Shown: positions 1 through 13,173 of the stretch, piece by piece
Position numbering within the stretch: position 1 is the stretch's first letter
Layout of the letters: each line of letters opens with the position of its first letter
Assembly (NCBI RefSeq): GCF_003704095.1
Contig: NW_020843690.1
Location: forward strand, 124,001 to 188,000
DNA: 64,000 bases
Reading direction: 5' to 3'
DNA from: Pocillopora damicornis
Lineage: Eukaryota
Notes under the pieces: generated by a model
The model's input: only the letters and a program-made list of their open reading frames with translations
The model's database searches: none
What the model was told of the DNA's origin: nothing
Position numbers and translations under genes: made by a program

Positions 1-2
1 CT

Positions 3-3000
3 GTCTTGTTTCTTGGATGTGATCCCGAGCGTCCGGAATACAAGAACTTCTTTGAAAAGTTTGCTGTTCACTCAAAGGTTCTTCTTTTTTTTCATATACA
101 TACGTGTTTCTAATAATTTTATGGCACCTTTGTGATTTTCTTTTGCGTTTTTCTTGTTTATATAGTGTGTCATTTAAAGTTATTAGCGATATAAGTTTCT
201 TCTTTCGGTCTTTTGACAGATGAAACATTATACTTTCGAGACTTCCAATGATTCAGATATTGATAAAAAGGGAAATCTTCTGACTTTAAAGGCAAACATA
301 CAGCTTTGGGAATTCGTACAGTTCTTAAGTACAGGAGAAATTATAGAAGAAATAAAAGAAGGAAAGGTAAGTTGCAAATGTGGTTCTTCAAAAAATTAGA
401 AGGATAAAATTTCCCATGGCCGGTATAAACACTGACACGCTCATCCACCAACTCCACTCACTATCTCTCTATCTCACCCACTCAGTTATTCGCTCTTTAA
501 CACACTCACTCACCCCCTCATTCCCCCCTCACTCCCTCCCTCACTCACCCCCCGACGGATTGACGGAGGTCAAAGTCAGGATATTTGGTTCAAGACTAAA
601 ACATGTTCGAGCGTAGGACTCTTCTGAACATGTTAGCGGAAAAATGTGTCTTTTGGTAATGGTTAGACTGATTCACGTTGCAAAAGGCTATCTAATAAAG
701 TCACGAATATCTTATCTTATGTGAATTTTAAAATTGTGAATAGCACTTTAGGCAGATGTTCTGCTCCTTCTCTGATGTACTAAATGACAAAGCAACAGTA
801 ACCCCAATCTTGACGGAATTCCCCTTCAGAGGAAGTTGTCAGAATCTTCAAATGTGTCAATAACATTTTCTAAATGAAATTTCCGTAACACAGAAATATG
901 AAAGATCTTACCTGCGGATCCAAAGGGAAGATTACCTTAGGCAACAACTTGCACTAGAAAACATGGCCTCGGAGATAATATTTCACACGATGAGCATCAC
1001 AAATGCATTGTCGCCCGACGAGTACTACGAGCAGATTTCACTTCCCACCATCCAAGATATATTCTCTAAAAACCCCTTTGGTAAGTTGATGTTTTCGCTT
1101 AGTGCGAAGTATGTACTGTTTCAGAACAGCCTTCAACTGACGTACACTTAGCGAATAATCAACTCCAGGAAAAAGAAAAAAAAGGAGAAATTTTGAAGCT
1201 GAAAAAAGGAGGGAAGCAATTGAGTGTCGGTTGTAGTTTAAAAATATGAGATTAAGCAGGGAGAGACAAAGGTTCGTAGCGACGAAGAAGTGGAGAGGGG
1301 AGAATGGAATGACCTGGCAAAGGAAAGCGTGAATCTAAAGTCAACTTTATGGAAATCCAAAGAAACTAAGTCTAACGTAGATTAAAATGGCTTCATCCTT
1401 AGGCGTGTATTCCTTCGAGAAGGTTCGGTGGACTTTGGATGCGATGAAAGCAAGGCGTGACAACCTAATTCGGGTCAGTAAAACCAAAATCAAAGTAATC
1501 ATAACAGCCAATTAGGACTGTTGTGATTAGAACACAAAGTAAAAAAGGCACATTGTTTGAAGTTTGGAATCTGATTGGTTGAGAGGATGGCAGGTGTTTT
1601 ATGGACTAATCACGAGGCGGTGTTAAGCAAACGCAAAGCAACCCTAGCTCATTATCTTCACTGATTTGAAAATTGCCCTTTAAAACAATCAAAACAGCAC
1701 CGGGCTGAAAAGCTAAACATTGCACGATGCATGATGATTTAAGATATAGGAAATTCATATATCTGCACTGCGGTGAAGAGATGATATTAAGAGATCCTTG
1801 CAGCTAAGAATACTACTGAAACGAGTAATTGATAATAGGACCTGAAAAAATTCAGGCCCGTACGGGATTTGAACCCATGACCTCTGCGATACCGGTGCAG
1901 CGCTCTACCAACTGAGCTAACAAGCCAACTGGGTCCAAATAAACCATCCAAGTAATGAATGATGATTTTAGATGTATGAAATTCATATATTTGCACCGCG
2001 GTGAAGAGATGATATTAAGAGATCCTCGCAGCTAAGAAGAGGTTTCAGGTCCTATTATCAACTACTCGTTTCAATAGTGTTCTTAGCTGCGAGGATCTCT
2101 TAATATCATTGCACGATGCTTTATGTTATGGATGATGATTTACTAACGACACATCCATCTCTACTTCAGCTTACAACAGAATCAAGTACCAAAGTGACAG
2201 CTTTGTTCTTTTACCACGGAGTGAAAAAAGAAATAGAAGCATGGAGAACTTTAGAGTGTTCATCCCCTTCATCTGAAGAAGTAAAGCAGAAAATCCTACA
2301 ACATTGCAAGATTTCCATTAGTAAATACGCAAAAGCCATTCGTCTTTGTAAATCCTTCATGCGAAGTAACAGCTCCTTGGAAATTCTGATTGTTGGTGAC
2401 GAAAACTTTTGTCACCAGCAAGAGACTGAGAAGGAAACTTTTGCGCTACTACGCCTGAAAGGTTAGCTTCGTCACATTAACACTTAACAACCCCACTTTA
2501 CTGTGCATATTATCCATACTGCTCCTGGTACATTTCCTATGTTACTGACAAGGAGAATTTGTTTGACAATCACGAACTTCTTTATTGTGCAATCATTTTC
2601 CTTATTCTCGTGACCGTGCTGTTTCATTTAGCAGTGATGCAGTAGGTGAAACTAGATCCCAGTCACCCTAAAGGGGTCAAGACGTTAACTTCCCTATCAA
2701 CAAACTAACATCTAATTTTGAAGGCGTGTAACGACCAGAATAATTCTCCATTGCATTGAATCGTTAGGTGGTGACTGCCATTATTGTGGAAGAAATGTCA
2801 GGTCTTAAGGAGCAACTTTTTTCATTATTTCCAGTGTCTTGTCAAGGGAAGCAAAAAATGTTTTGTATGCTTAATTGCTAGTTTATTGGTTTGAAAACTG
2901 CCCTAACTTTGCAACACAGGTGGAACAGATGAAGCTATTTGCTACGCTGAAACAGCCTCTTTTCCTGATGACAGAAAGTTTGCTAATTATCTCATCAAGA

Positions 3001-4799
3001 TTAATGGTTTTGAAGTGTTTAATAAAAGGAAAGTGTACGAAAGAAGTCGTGCAAACGCTTGGAGCAACGAAGATTCCATTCTCAAACTTGCTACCGCAGT
3101 TATGAGGGAAAGTTCAGAGTTGAGAGAAAAATTTGGCATTGTTGCAATTGAAGTAAGTTGTTCAAATGTTTCACCTCATAAAACTCAGATGATTAAATAG
3201 TCTCGAAACTAATGGTGTTGAATGAAATGTTTACGTCTTTAAGTAAACAATTTGCAAATTACAACAAACTGCTGGTTTCAGGTACGGACTCTAATAAACA
3301 TTGTTAACTGAAGTGAAGTTAATATCAGCCATTGTCAATGACAGTGTAGTAAATGGTTGTTTTAGTATATGCCACACAAGTTGAATAACTTTCTATCGGA
3401 CCAATGTTAGCCACATCATTGTCAACGTTAGCTACATCATGAACAATTTGTTTTTTTGTTTATATATATACCTTTGTTTGTTTGTTTTTTATGTGAGTTT
3501 TTATGGTACTTCTTTTCTCCATCTCGCATTGTTTAAAAAACCCTGCTGATAGACCAGCATCCCACTATATCGGGATAACCTTCCTCAGTTTTAGCCCCTG
3601 ATGTTCATATGATCATTGTGTGCTTGATTTTATCTCGACAGACAGAAGACTTAGAAGCATTAGAAACACTGACTCGGGTAAGCCAGAGAGTGATAAGCAA
3701 GCTAGACCCAGGCTACCTCGATCCACTTGGCGAAGGCAGCTTTGGCCAGGTTTTTAGAGCTAAGAAGGGCGGCCGTGATGTGGCTGTAAAGATCTTGAAG
3801 AATATCGAGAGCCGCAAACAGATAGAGGACTTTGAGCGAGAAGTGGACACACTAAGGTTAGTATAATAGTGATGTTTGAAGTATTCTATTAGTCATGAAT
3901 TGACACGCGACCTTATTTTGGAACTCGATATCTGATCGATGGCTCAACCCCGGTACAGCGCTACATGTCAAGTTTCAGGAAACGAAATCTATTTTTCTCC
4001 AGCGCACGCTAATATTTTTTAATTTTTCCCCTCTGGCATCAAAGGTAATGTCTGAGAAAAATCTTCCCGACGGATTGACGGAGGTCAGAGTCCGGATCTT
4101 TGGTTCAAGGCTAAAACATGTTCAAGCGTAGGACTCTTCTGAACATGTTAGCAGAAAAAATGTGTCTTCATTAATAGCACTTTTGGCAGATATTCTGCTC
4201 GTTGCTATCAAATAGAGATTACAGATACACCACCCCAGAAGCCGAGGGTTCAATACGATGGCAGCATCAAAGCTATTCTGAGCTTTTATCGTNNNNNNNN
4301 NNNNNNNNNNNNNNNNNNNNNNNNNNNNNNNNNNNNNNNNNNNNNNNNNNNNNNNNNNNNNNNNNNNNNNNNNNNNNNNNNNNNNNNNNNNNNNNNNNNN
4401 NNNNNNNNNNNNNNNNNNNNNNNNNNNNNNNNNNNNNNNNNNNNNNNNNNNNNNNNNNNNNNNNNNNNNNNNNNNNNNNNNNNNNNNNNNNNNNNNNNNN
4501 NNNNNNNNNNNNNNNNNNNNNNNNNNNNNNNNNNNNNNNNNNNNNNNNNNNNNNNNNNNNNNNNNNNNNNNNNNNNNNNNNNNNNNNNNNNNNNNNNNNN
4601 NNNNNNNNNNNNNNNNNNNNNNNNNNNNNNNNNNNNNNNNNNNNNNNNNNNNNNNNNNNNNNNNNNNNNNNNNNNNNNNNNNNNNNNNNNNNNNNNNNNC
4701 GTCAAACAAAAACCCAGATTGGCTCGTATCGTTACATGGCGCCTGAAGTGGTCACCTCTGGAGGACGTTATTCCAAGAGAGCTGATGTTCATAGTTTTG
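3..4799 (+). CDS. Multi-exon protein kinase gene (TKL/tyrosine-kinase-like domain at the C-terminus, unknown N-terminal region); partial, possibly a pseudogene
   Basis: Phase-compatible exons: 3-77, 220-366, ~756-1080, 1403-1473, 2170-2461, 2920-3152, 3642-3856 (LGEGSFGQVFRAKKGGRDVAVKILK...FEREVDTL, subdomains I-III) and ~4700-4799 (GSYRYMAPEV...YSKRADVHSFG, subdomains VIII-IX). The HRD/DFG region is not visible and probably lies in the gap 4293-4699. Exon 756-1080 needs a stop and a frameshift to read through. Confidence 0.8.
455..550. repeat. Degenerate (CACT)n/(CTCC)n microsatellite
   Basis: Visible cactcactc/ctccctcc runs in an intron. Confidence 0.8.
1742..2110 (-). mobile_element. tRNA-derived SINE, rearranged or duplicated copy
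   Basis: Minus strand 1852-1930 has an A-box (tagctcagttggtagagc) and B-box (ggttcaaatccc). Flanking blocks are duplicated (1750-1810 vs 1978-2038) and inverted (2043-2108). Confidence 0.75.
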
Positions 4800-5463
4800 G
4801 TGAGTTTTACTGTTAGTTAAAGTGAGTATTAATTACCTTTCTCACCGTTTTGTTTGTTTGTGTATTTGCCCACTATTTTGCTTGTCTGTTATGTCCCTGA
4901 GACCGGATAATATACCTTGTCTTTAAAATACAGCTAAATACATATCCGGCCTAATTATTNNNNNNNNNNNNNNNNNNNNNNNNNNNNNNNNNNNNNNNNN
5001 NNNNNNNNNNNNNNNNNNNNNNNNNNNNNNNNNNNNNNNNNNNNNNNNNNNNNNNNNNNTGCCATGGCGACTGTATCGATTATAGCTTTTACGACTTCTT
5101 GCGTGGCTAAGGATGAACCCTTTCATTCCAAATCTGTTAAGTAATTCTCCTTACTCTCTGCCCTACAGCTCCCGTGATGTTAATTTGGAGAATTTGGTAT
5201 TGGATCAACTAGCAATTGCCCAACTGATATTTCTCTTTATTCTTATCACTTGCCTTCTTGACATTGTATTGATATTGTAAGGAGAAATTCTGTCTTGGTA
5301 ACTCCTGGGAGTTAAAGGGTTAAGGATTAAAAGATGGTGTGCAGATTAAATTTCTGCACAAACCAAAACCCCTCCCTTCTCCCTCTTTTTAGAAGTAACG
5401 TCTACTCTAAAATGAAAAAATAAACAATCATTTATTTACAATGCCATTTGAAACCGGTTTCAG

Positions 5464-6582
5464 CCGTCCTTCATGGCCAGCCAAGCTCCTCCGCAATTGT
5501 GTTTCACGAAGGAAAACCTTTGCTTTTGGCAGATGTTGGAGCTGGTGTTCTCAAGGCTTGCAGGGAGAGACTCGGTTAGTGAAATTCCTACCACTCCTTC
5601 CTCGATTTGCGGTGATCGTTCAGTTTTGTCCTTGTGTTTTAAACCCATCTGTGTGAAATCCTCAGTCATAGTCTATCTTTATCAGTTGAATGTTGCCCCA
5701 CAGATATTTATTCTCTAGACAACCTTACTTTGCATTTCCAGCTCACAACGAGTTCCCAAGGAATGTTTTCATCACAAACAACCACTTGGATCATGCTGGT
5801 GAGCTCCCTTTGCTATTTTTGTTCGAGAGCGAGAGGAGACATTTGGCTGGTGAACCTCGCCTAAGAGTGTTGTCTGGCCCTGAGGTGCAACATAAATTAA
5901 AGACATGCAGACTGGACGAAATGCTCCACCTGTATACACTGGTAAGTCATGAATCACCTGTTATATGCGCTAAGATGCAGTGTTTTTCCATTTAAGTATT
6001 TTTTTCGTTCTTCCTTGAAGGAACAAATAGCAGATTGGGTAGTATGTCAGCAAGAAGGAGACCCAACCTACCTGGATGACGAAAAACAGTTCTCCATGAA
6101 AATCCACAAAACTCTTCATAGCGGAATATGTTATGGTAGGTTACAAACAGTTTTGAACGATGACCTGGGTAACTGTTTATGTCGCGAAGATCGTAAGTCA
6201 ATGCGTAGCTGGCCGGGGACGTGATTGTCAGCCTCGGGCTTTCAATCGAACAATTACGCTTCGAACATAAAACAAAGCTTTGCTAAGCCAGTTTAAACCG
6301 GCCCAGAAGAAGACCAAATCTCAAACAGTAAGTTCTAAGCTGAACAAGTAAATTTCAGATGATGATCACGCCTAATTCCAATAGAGCTTTTAAATTTGAA
6401 GCATGAAAAGAATCGTTAACATTTAATTTTTATTCATAGGATTTGTGCTATTCTTCAAGGAGAAACCAGTTCTTGGTTATTGCGTAGACTCTGGCTTCAA
6501 GGAGGACGTGTTCGATTTTTTCTTCCAAGCCACCACTGTGATAGTTGGTGCGAGGTCTAATGCACCTAAAGAACATGCATCG
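5464..6582 (+). CDS. Metallo-beta-lactamase-fold hydrolase (RNase Z/PhnP-like), partial
   Basis: Exons 5464-5574 (SSSAIVFHEGKPLLLADVGAG), 5742-5941 (VFITNNHLDHAGEL), 6021-6135 (KTLHSGICYG) and 6440-6582 (GYCVDSG...EHAS), all phase-compatible. MBL motifs 1-5 are recognisable. First and last exons are not seen; gaps lie on both sides. Confidence 0.8.
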
Positions 6583-7382
6583 GTAGGTATTGTAATCAGA
6601 GGGTTTTTAGCTGACTACATATTACATTAGCATTGGAGAGTAAGAAATGGCACATAATTAGTAATGAATGCACAGTGCGTGAGATTATATGCCGAAACAG
6701 CTTAGTTCTGAGGTGGGAGTCCNNNNNNNNNNNNNNNNNNNNNNNNNNNNNNNNNNNNNNNNNNNNNNNNNNNNNNNNNNNNNNNNNNNNNNNNNNNNNN
6801 NNNNNNNNNNNNNNNNNNNNNNAAGGGTTAAGCAGAAACGGGCAAAGGGTGCTTTCTTTGGTATAGAAAACTCAGACTGTTCGATATTTTAATATTTTAA
6901 AAAGTGCTATTAAGAAGGAAACGGATACTTGCTCTTTCCACGGCTTGTTGTTGTACCATTTCAATTGTACTATTGGTAAATTTATCCTTCCACCGTGTAG
7001 GAGTGTTCGTTTGTAGGGCAGAGTTTCGTTTGACCAATGCTTATCTCATTTACATGAACTGAAGACAAATAATTAATTCGCACCAGAATTCTTATGCATG
7101 GTAAACCCTCCTATAGTTTCTAAACAATGGGTTATGTGTTAGGACCGCGAAATTGGACCAAAAGTAGCTCTTGGGTTTCACTATAAATATGGTATAAGAG
7201 AGAATAAAACCTGAAAAAGAGAGATTTTAAAAATTGGCACGAAAACATAGAATATCATTCACCGCTGACGTTAACCCAGTCCATTCTGGAAAGATATGGG
7301 CCAGTCCGATCCAATTCCTAATTTTAGGTTTAGAATTACGTCATCCGGTTTTTCGCGGAAACTGAAAACAGGAGTGTTTACA

Positions 7383-10300
7383 ATGGCTTCCACTTCGCAT
7401 ACTGTAGAGGTGAGGAAAATACTTTATTATTAATTTATAAATGAATGTTGAAATCAATGTCGAGCAAAAAAGACTTCTGAACTGCCTCAGCAAACAGTAC
7501 ACATTCAATTTTACTTGATATGCAGCAGTTTCTTCAAAGTGAACAATCTTGCGATCGTAAGCGTTTCTGTTTCTTTCATCGTAATCATATGGTGGTACAA
7601 AAAGACAGGCTCTCCTCGGTCATACACAGGTATGATCGAGTAAATCCTTACGCTCATTCATACAGCCAGTGTTTGTAGATGTTGATATAGGGGCCTTCGA
7701 AACAGTTTGCCGTGAAATTTTATTTATGCATGTTCACAGTTCATGGATTTCATGAAATAAGTAACCTATGATCGTCTGAGGAAAAGCATAAGTTTGAATC
7801 CCTTTATATGCTACCTCACTTAATCTAAAAAAGGGATTTGAACACTTCCTTGAAAGCAAAACAGAATTATTTGATGGACTTAGGTAAACCGGAAGTATGA
7901 AATTTGTATGCAAATATTAATTTTGTTCGCTGTTGATTTCGAAATCTACTGGTGTAGGTCTGTCAACCCTTTCACTTCCAAGATCTGGTTATTAAATTTC
8001 CAATTTACCCTCCAGCTGCTACACATTTCCTTTTCAATAAGTAACAAAATTTTAGCGTTGTATCGAGATAACGACTTACATCTGATCACTTTGAGTACTT
8101 GATTACCCGTTAGCTGGATAATGTGGGGACATTACGAGGATACCTTACATATTAATCACTTGTGGAAGTTATAAGGTTAAGTGTATGGTTTGTGGTCATC
8201 ATTGGTTATAATCAGTACTGGATATGAGTGAATTTGATATGGAGATTTAAGAGAAACTGTACAGAAATTTTCGAAAGTGAAAGAAATCAATATGGACTGA
8301 TGGTTCGAAACCACAATAAGTCATTCAAGGTCAAAATGGATACATTTGATAGATGAATAACCAAGAAAAATAGCATGATGAATGTGCTGGAGAAAACAAG
8401 TAGTAATCTAGCTTTCTAATTGAATCAAAACGATTGAGCCATGAGTGTTAAGATTTGTCTCAATATTGCATTGTAATAGAGAAATCTATTGATCAGCAGA
8501 TTTAAGACCATCTAAAGAGACTGGGTTCATTCAAGCCAAAAATGTAATGGTAATGGTTGCCAATCTATTTACCTCTATTTACGCCTCGTCAGAAAAAAGT
8601 GCAGCTATAATTAGTAAAAGTATAAAAGGAACTCTTTTTTGCAGCATTTAGATCACCCTTATGTAGGCACTAGACAGGAGTGTCAAAACATTGGGTCTGT
8701 GAATTGTAACTTCCCAGTTACATTCATTAAATCTTTAAACCAGAGTGGCATCAAACCATGTCTGATTGTACACCTGGTTGCCTTATGAACTTTAATTATC
8801 CTGGTTGCCAATCTGTTTCTTTTAATCAATAAATAAACTAATCAACCACTCAGTCATTTACTCATCTGGTGCATTCAGCCATCAGTCAGCAAATAGATCT
8901 ATTTTTTATTCCTTTTCTCTCCCTTTTCATTATTCTTTAGTTTTGTTCATTTGATTCAGTTTTTTCTCATTTCTTAATGATTATTAATTTATTTCAGTAA
9001 TTGTTTTTGTCTGATATGACTTCCCTTTACTTTTGGAGATGTATATTCATGTGAAAATTCATTGTAAGGATTTGGTACATTATACCTCATTTTACAGCTG
9101 ATCTGTGTTGCTTGTTGAATGAGGGAATAAGGTTTTAAGTGTTTAATTACCAGTAAGCATGATTATTCTTAATTTCCAGGACACTCTTATAACTGCACAA
9201 CGTGCCCTTGCAGTTCACTATGGAAACAGTTACCCTTGTAGCAATAGGGTTCAACAAAGCTTGAGGGAGATATTAAATCAGAAGTTTAATGGGTCACATA
9301 GGAGCTTTACAGAAAAATTTCTCAGACCAACTACATTACTTCTGGAGAAACTCAAAGCTGAGGTGAATATTGTATAATCTTCCAGATTGTATGCATTGAA
9401 CTGATTTTGTGAATCATGATAGCTGCCACAAATGCTTTACCCTGTTGCTTCTAAAATCTTATGAGTGATTCTCTCAAGAGAGTCATAAATTAGCCTTTCA
9501 AATAAGACAGGAGAATCTGGTTCTTTATCAAAAAATACCCTCTAACTGATAAGCTTGTATGTTCTCATCAACTATTTGCAAGATAACATATTTGCACTGC
9601 AAGAAGAAGTGACACTTTATATCATATGTTGGGGTGAATGGTATAAAGAAGTCACTTCCTTAGACTTAAACAACTTGATTTATTGAGTATTAATTTTGCC
9701 TTTTGTGGACTGGTAAGGTAAAGGAACTCATCAGTTTGAGTTGTAGAATCAAGTTTCCATGGGTTCACTTTCCCTCAACTGAGATGTGCAGTTTCATACG
9801 AAAAGGTGGACATTGGCAAATGCACTAGGTGGGAAAAGACCTCTCTACCCTTTTTGCCTGCTTTAAGAGTTTATTTGAAAACCATCGCATATCATCATAT
9901 AATCTAAAAGATTCTTTCTTTACATGCAACATACCAGGCAAAATAACATGGGGAGGGGTGTAGCTAGAGAAATATCAGAATAACTCTATGGCAGGTGTCA
10001 TACAAGTTCAGTTTAATTAATGCTCTCTCTTTTTTAGGGTTTTCCTCTAGTCAAGGATGGCAGAGTTATCCTCCATCTATCTGGGCCAATAAACCATCTG
10101 GAGGTTGGAGAAATGTTTTTTCAGGTGAATTATCAGAATATTGATGCAGCCAGAAGATATGGCATTCTTGATTTAAATTGAAGTGGGTATGCTAAAATTA
10201 ACTTACAGAAAATGAGCAGGCTGAATTAATAGTTTCTCAATTAAGAAGGAACTTTTTGTAATGTAAATGAGCCAGAAATCAACAGAAATTTACAGCCAGT

Positions 10301-11869
10301 CCACCCNNNNNNNNNNNNNNNNNNNNNNNNNNNNNNNNNNNNNNNNNNNNNNNNNNNNNNNNNNNNNNNNNNNNNNNNNNNNNNNNNNNNNNNNNNNNNN
10401 NNNNNNNNNNNNNNNNNNNNNNNNNNNNNNNNNNNNNNNNNNNNNNNNNNNNNNNNNNNNNNNNNNNNNNNNNNNNNNNNNNNNNNNNNNNNNNNNNNNN
10501 NNNNNNNNNNNNNNNNNNNNNNNNNNNNNNNNNNNNNNNNNNNNNNNNNNNNNNNNNNNNNNNNNNNNNNNNNNNNNNNNNNNNNNNNNNNNNNNNNNNN
10601 NNNNNNNNNNNNNNNNNNNNNNNNNNNNNNNNNNNNNNNNNNNNNNNNNNNNNNNNNNNNNNNNNNNNNNTTTTTTTAATCCTAGGTTGGGCACACCACA
10701 CCAGGGACATTGACGCTGAAGTTTGCTAAGCCAAGTGGTAACACAGTGTTCTTACAGCCGTCAATCGTTGAGGAAATCGAATATCACTTGGCATTTACCC
10801 AACAATACCTTCATCAGTTACGGAAGGAAGCCGGTACATCGGGTGATAACTTAATGCAGCTGCTAGTGGTTTCTACAGTAAATGGCCAGGACTGTGCTCC
10901 TGAAAAGATAAGGGTAGATGGAATAATGCCGTACACGTTTGGACATGGTAGAAGCAAAACACCATCCTCAAAAATAGATCAGTCAGTCGGTGATGGAAGT
11001 CCTTCGTATCGTCAACGTGAAGAAAATTCGGATCAACATCCTGTAGAACATTATCCTCCAATTCACCGANNNNNNNNNNNNNNNNNNNNNNNNNNNNNNN
11101 NNNNNNNNNNNNNNNNNNNNNNNNNNNNNNNNNNNNNNNNNNNNNNNNNNNNNNNNNNNNNNNNNNNNNNNNNNNNNNNNNNNNNNNNNNNNNNNNNNNN
11201 NNNNNNNNNNNNNNNNNNNNNNNNNNNNNNNNNNNNNNNNNNNNNNNNNNNNNNNNNNNNNNNNNNNNNNNNNNNNNNNNNNNNNNNNNNNNNNNNNNNN
11301 NNNNNNNNNNNNNNNNNCATTCACCAGGCAATCAGTGATCAACACACAACACACGATCAGCAAGAACACTCATTAAGGGCAGGGGGAAACAATCCACAAT
11401 ATCCTCCAATTCACCGAGCAGTCAGAGATCAACCCACAACAGAAGACGTAGATCAACGACCCCCGCGGACGGAACAGTCCTCAGATGGAGGAGAAAAGAA
11501 TCCAACATACCCTTCCATTCATCACGCAGTTGACGATCGAAGTGAACTACACGCGGGTCATTTGAGAAACTCTCCAGGCGCAGGTGCAAACAATCCACCA
11601 TACCCTCCCATTCATCAAGCAGTTAGCGATCAGCCACCAGACTCCAGAGACCATGAGCACTCATCAAATTTAAGTGAAGCCGATACTTCCCAGCGCGTAC
11701 CTAGAGGTCAGAATATAACGGAAAACACTGGGCGCCAAAATACAGGAGCTCAAGTGATTGACGCAGTTGGGAACAACCCAACATATCTCCCTCCTAAAGC
11801 AGTGGCATCTGCGTCCGCGTGTTCTGCTCAGGCTGTTGGAAATAACTCAGCATATCTTCCTCCACAAGC
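7383..11869 (+). CDS. Uncharacterised protein with C-terminal tandem NP.YPPIH.A(V/I).DQ repeats; 3' end lost in gaps
   Basis: Phase-0 exons 7383-7409 (MASTSHTVE), 9180-9362, 10038-10124 and 10686-11869+, the last a long open frame interrupted by N-gaps. Confidence 0.7.
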
Positions 11870-13173
11870 NNNNNNNNNNNNNNNNNNNNNNNNNNNNNNN
11901 NNNNNNNNNNNNNNNNNNNNNNNNNNNNNNNNNNNNNNNNNNNNNNNNNNNNNNNNNNNNNNNNNNNNNGGTAAACAATTTGACAGTATGAAGCAGTAAC
12001 TACCTGGATAATCTGGAGACCTTCATTTTAGGGTACTAACACCTTGTGGTTCTGTGGTTCTACACCCTGTAGCCCCGGTTGTTTTCAGCTGGGTTAAGAT
12101 AACCCAGGATTAATGTCAAATCTGATTTCACATCTGAAAGTTTAAAAGAAAATTCAGCATAATTCTTTTTGTCAATAAGTCGATGATTGGATGCTCCATA
12201 AAAAAACAGAGGAAAAAATTCCAAAGAGACTTTTGAACATAGGAATAAAGAAACCTGGATTATAATTTAATCTTGGGTTAGCGCTAATGAGGCTTAGAAC
12301 AACTGGGCCCTGATCTGAAGCATGAACACACAAACTTGCAGTCACACAATCATCTTGTGAAATGAGATTATAATCGCACCTTTTTTAGGACGCCATGTAA
12401 TTTGAGGAGACGTTTCGACGAAGTACGTTGTTCCAAGTTCAAAAGCCAGCTCTTTCCGTATCCACTCAATTAATTGCCGCCCTCTGATAAACATCGCAAA
12501 CTGAAGGAAAACTATCAATCAACATCGCCCTCGATAAATGCCCCACTAAACCAGAAGAATGAAAATTAGCTAAGTTAAAAAGAAAAAAACTGGCAAACAA
12601 AACGAAACAAGAGCCATGTCCCTCACCGCTTTAGAAAAAAATGATAAGGACCGCGGCGCATAAACAAGTAAAAACAGTTTTAAAGCTTAAGGAAGAACGG
12701 TCAATTCCGGTCACGAGAAAGTAGTATGATTACTGCGCTTTTCGGCTGAAATCTTGATGTCATGTCTTTAAAAAGAGAAACCGGAGAACATAAATAACAT
12801 GCCCCCTACATATATGAATCAGGAATGCGCGTTTAAGCACAACTTTGGTAGCTGATTCGTTCACCCTTCTAAACTCTAATAAACGGCTTAAAAAATCTTC
12901 TCTAGTTTGCCAACCCAAGCCGCAAGTAAGCAAGTCTTTCTCATGGCCGACGTTTAGTCACGTCACAAATATACCCTCCCCTANNNNNNNNNNNNNNNNN
13001 NNNNNNNNNNNNNNNNNNNNNNNNNNNNNNNNNNNNNNNNNNNNNNNNNNNNNNNNNNNNNNNNNNNNNNNNNNNNNNNNNNNACCTTAGAGTCACGCAG
13101 CATAGATCGGTGAATCAATATTGGAAGGAATGACGCTCCATAAATATTTGTGTTATCTACGTCTCCTTTACAG

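Noticed and set aside
1852-1930. tRNA gene
   Set aside because: It is embedded in a longer repeated unit and the cloverleaf is imperfect, so it is better explained as a SINE head.
3642-6582. Kinase-MBL fusion protein
   Set aside because: The kinase C-terminal exons and the MBL first exon are missing and gaps intervene, so it cannot be supported.
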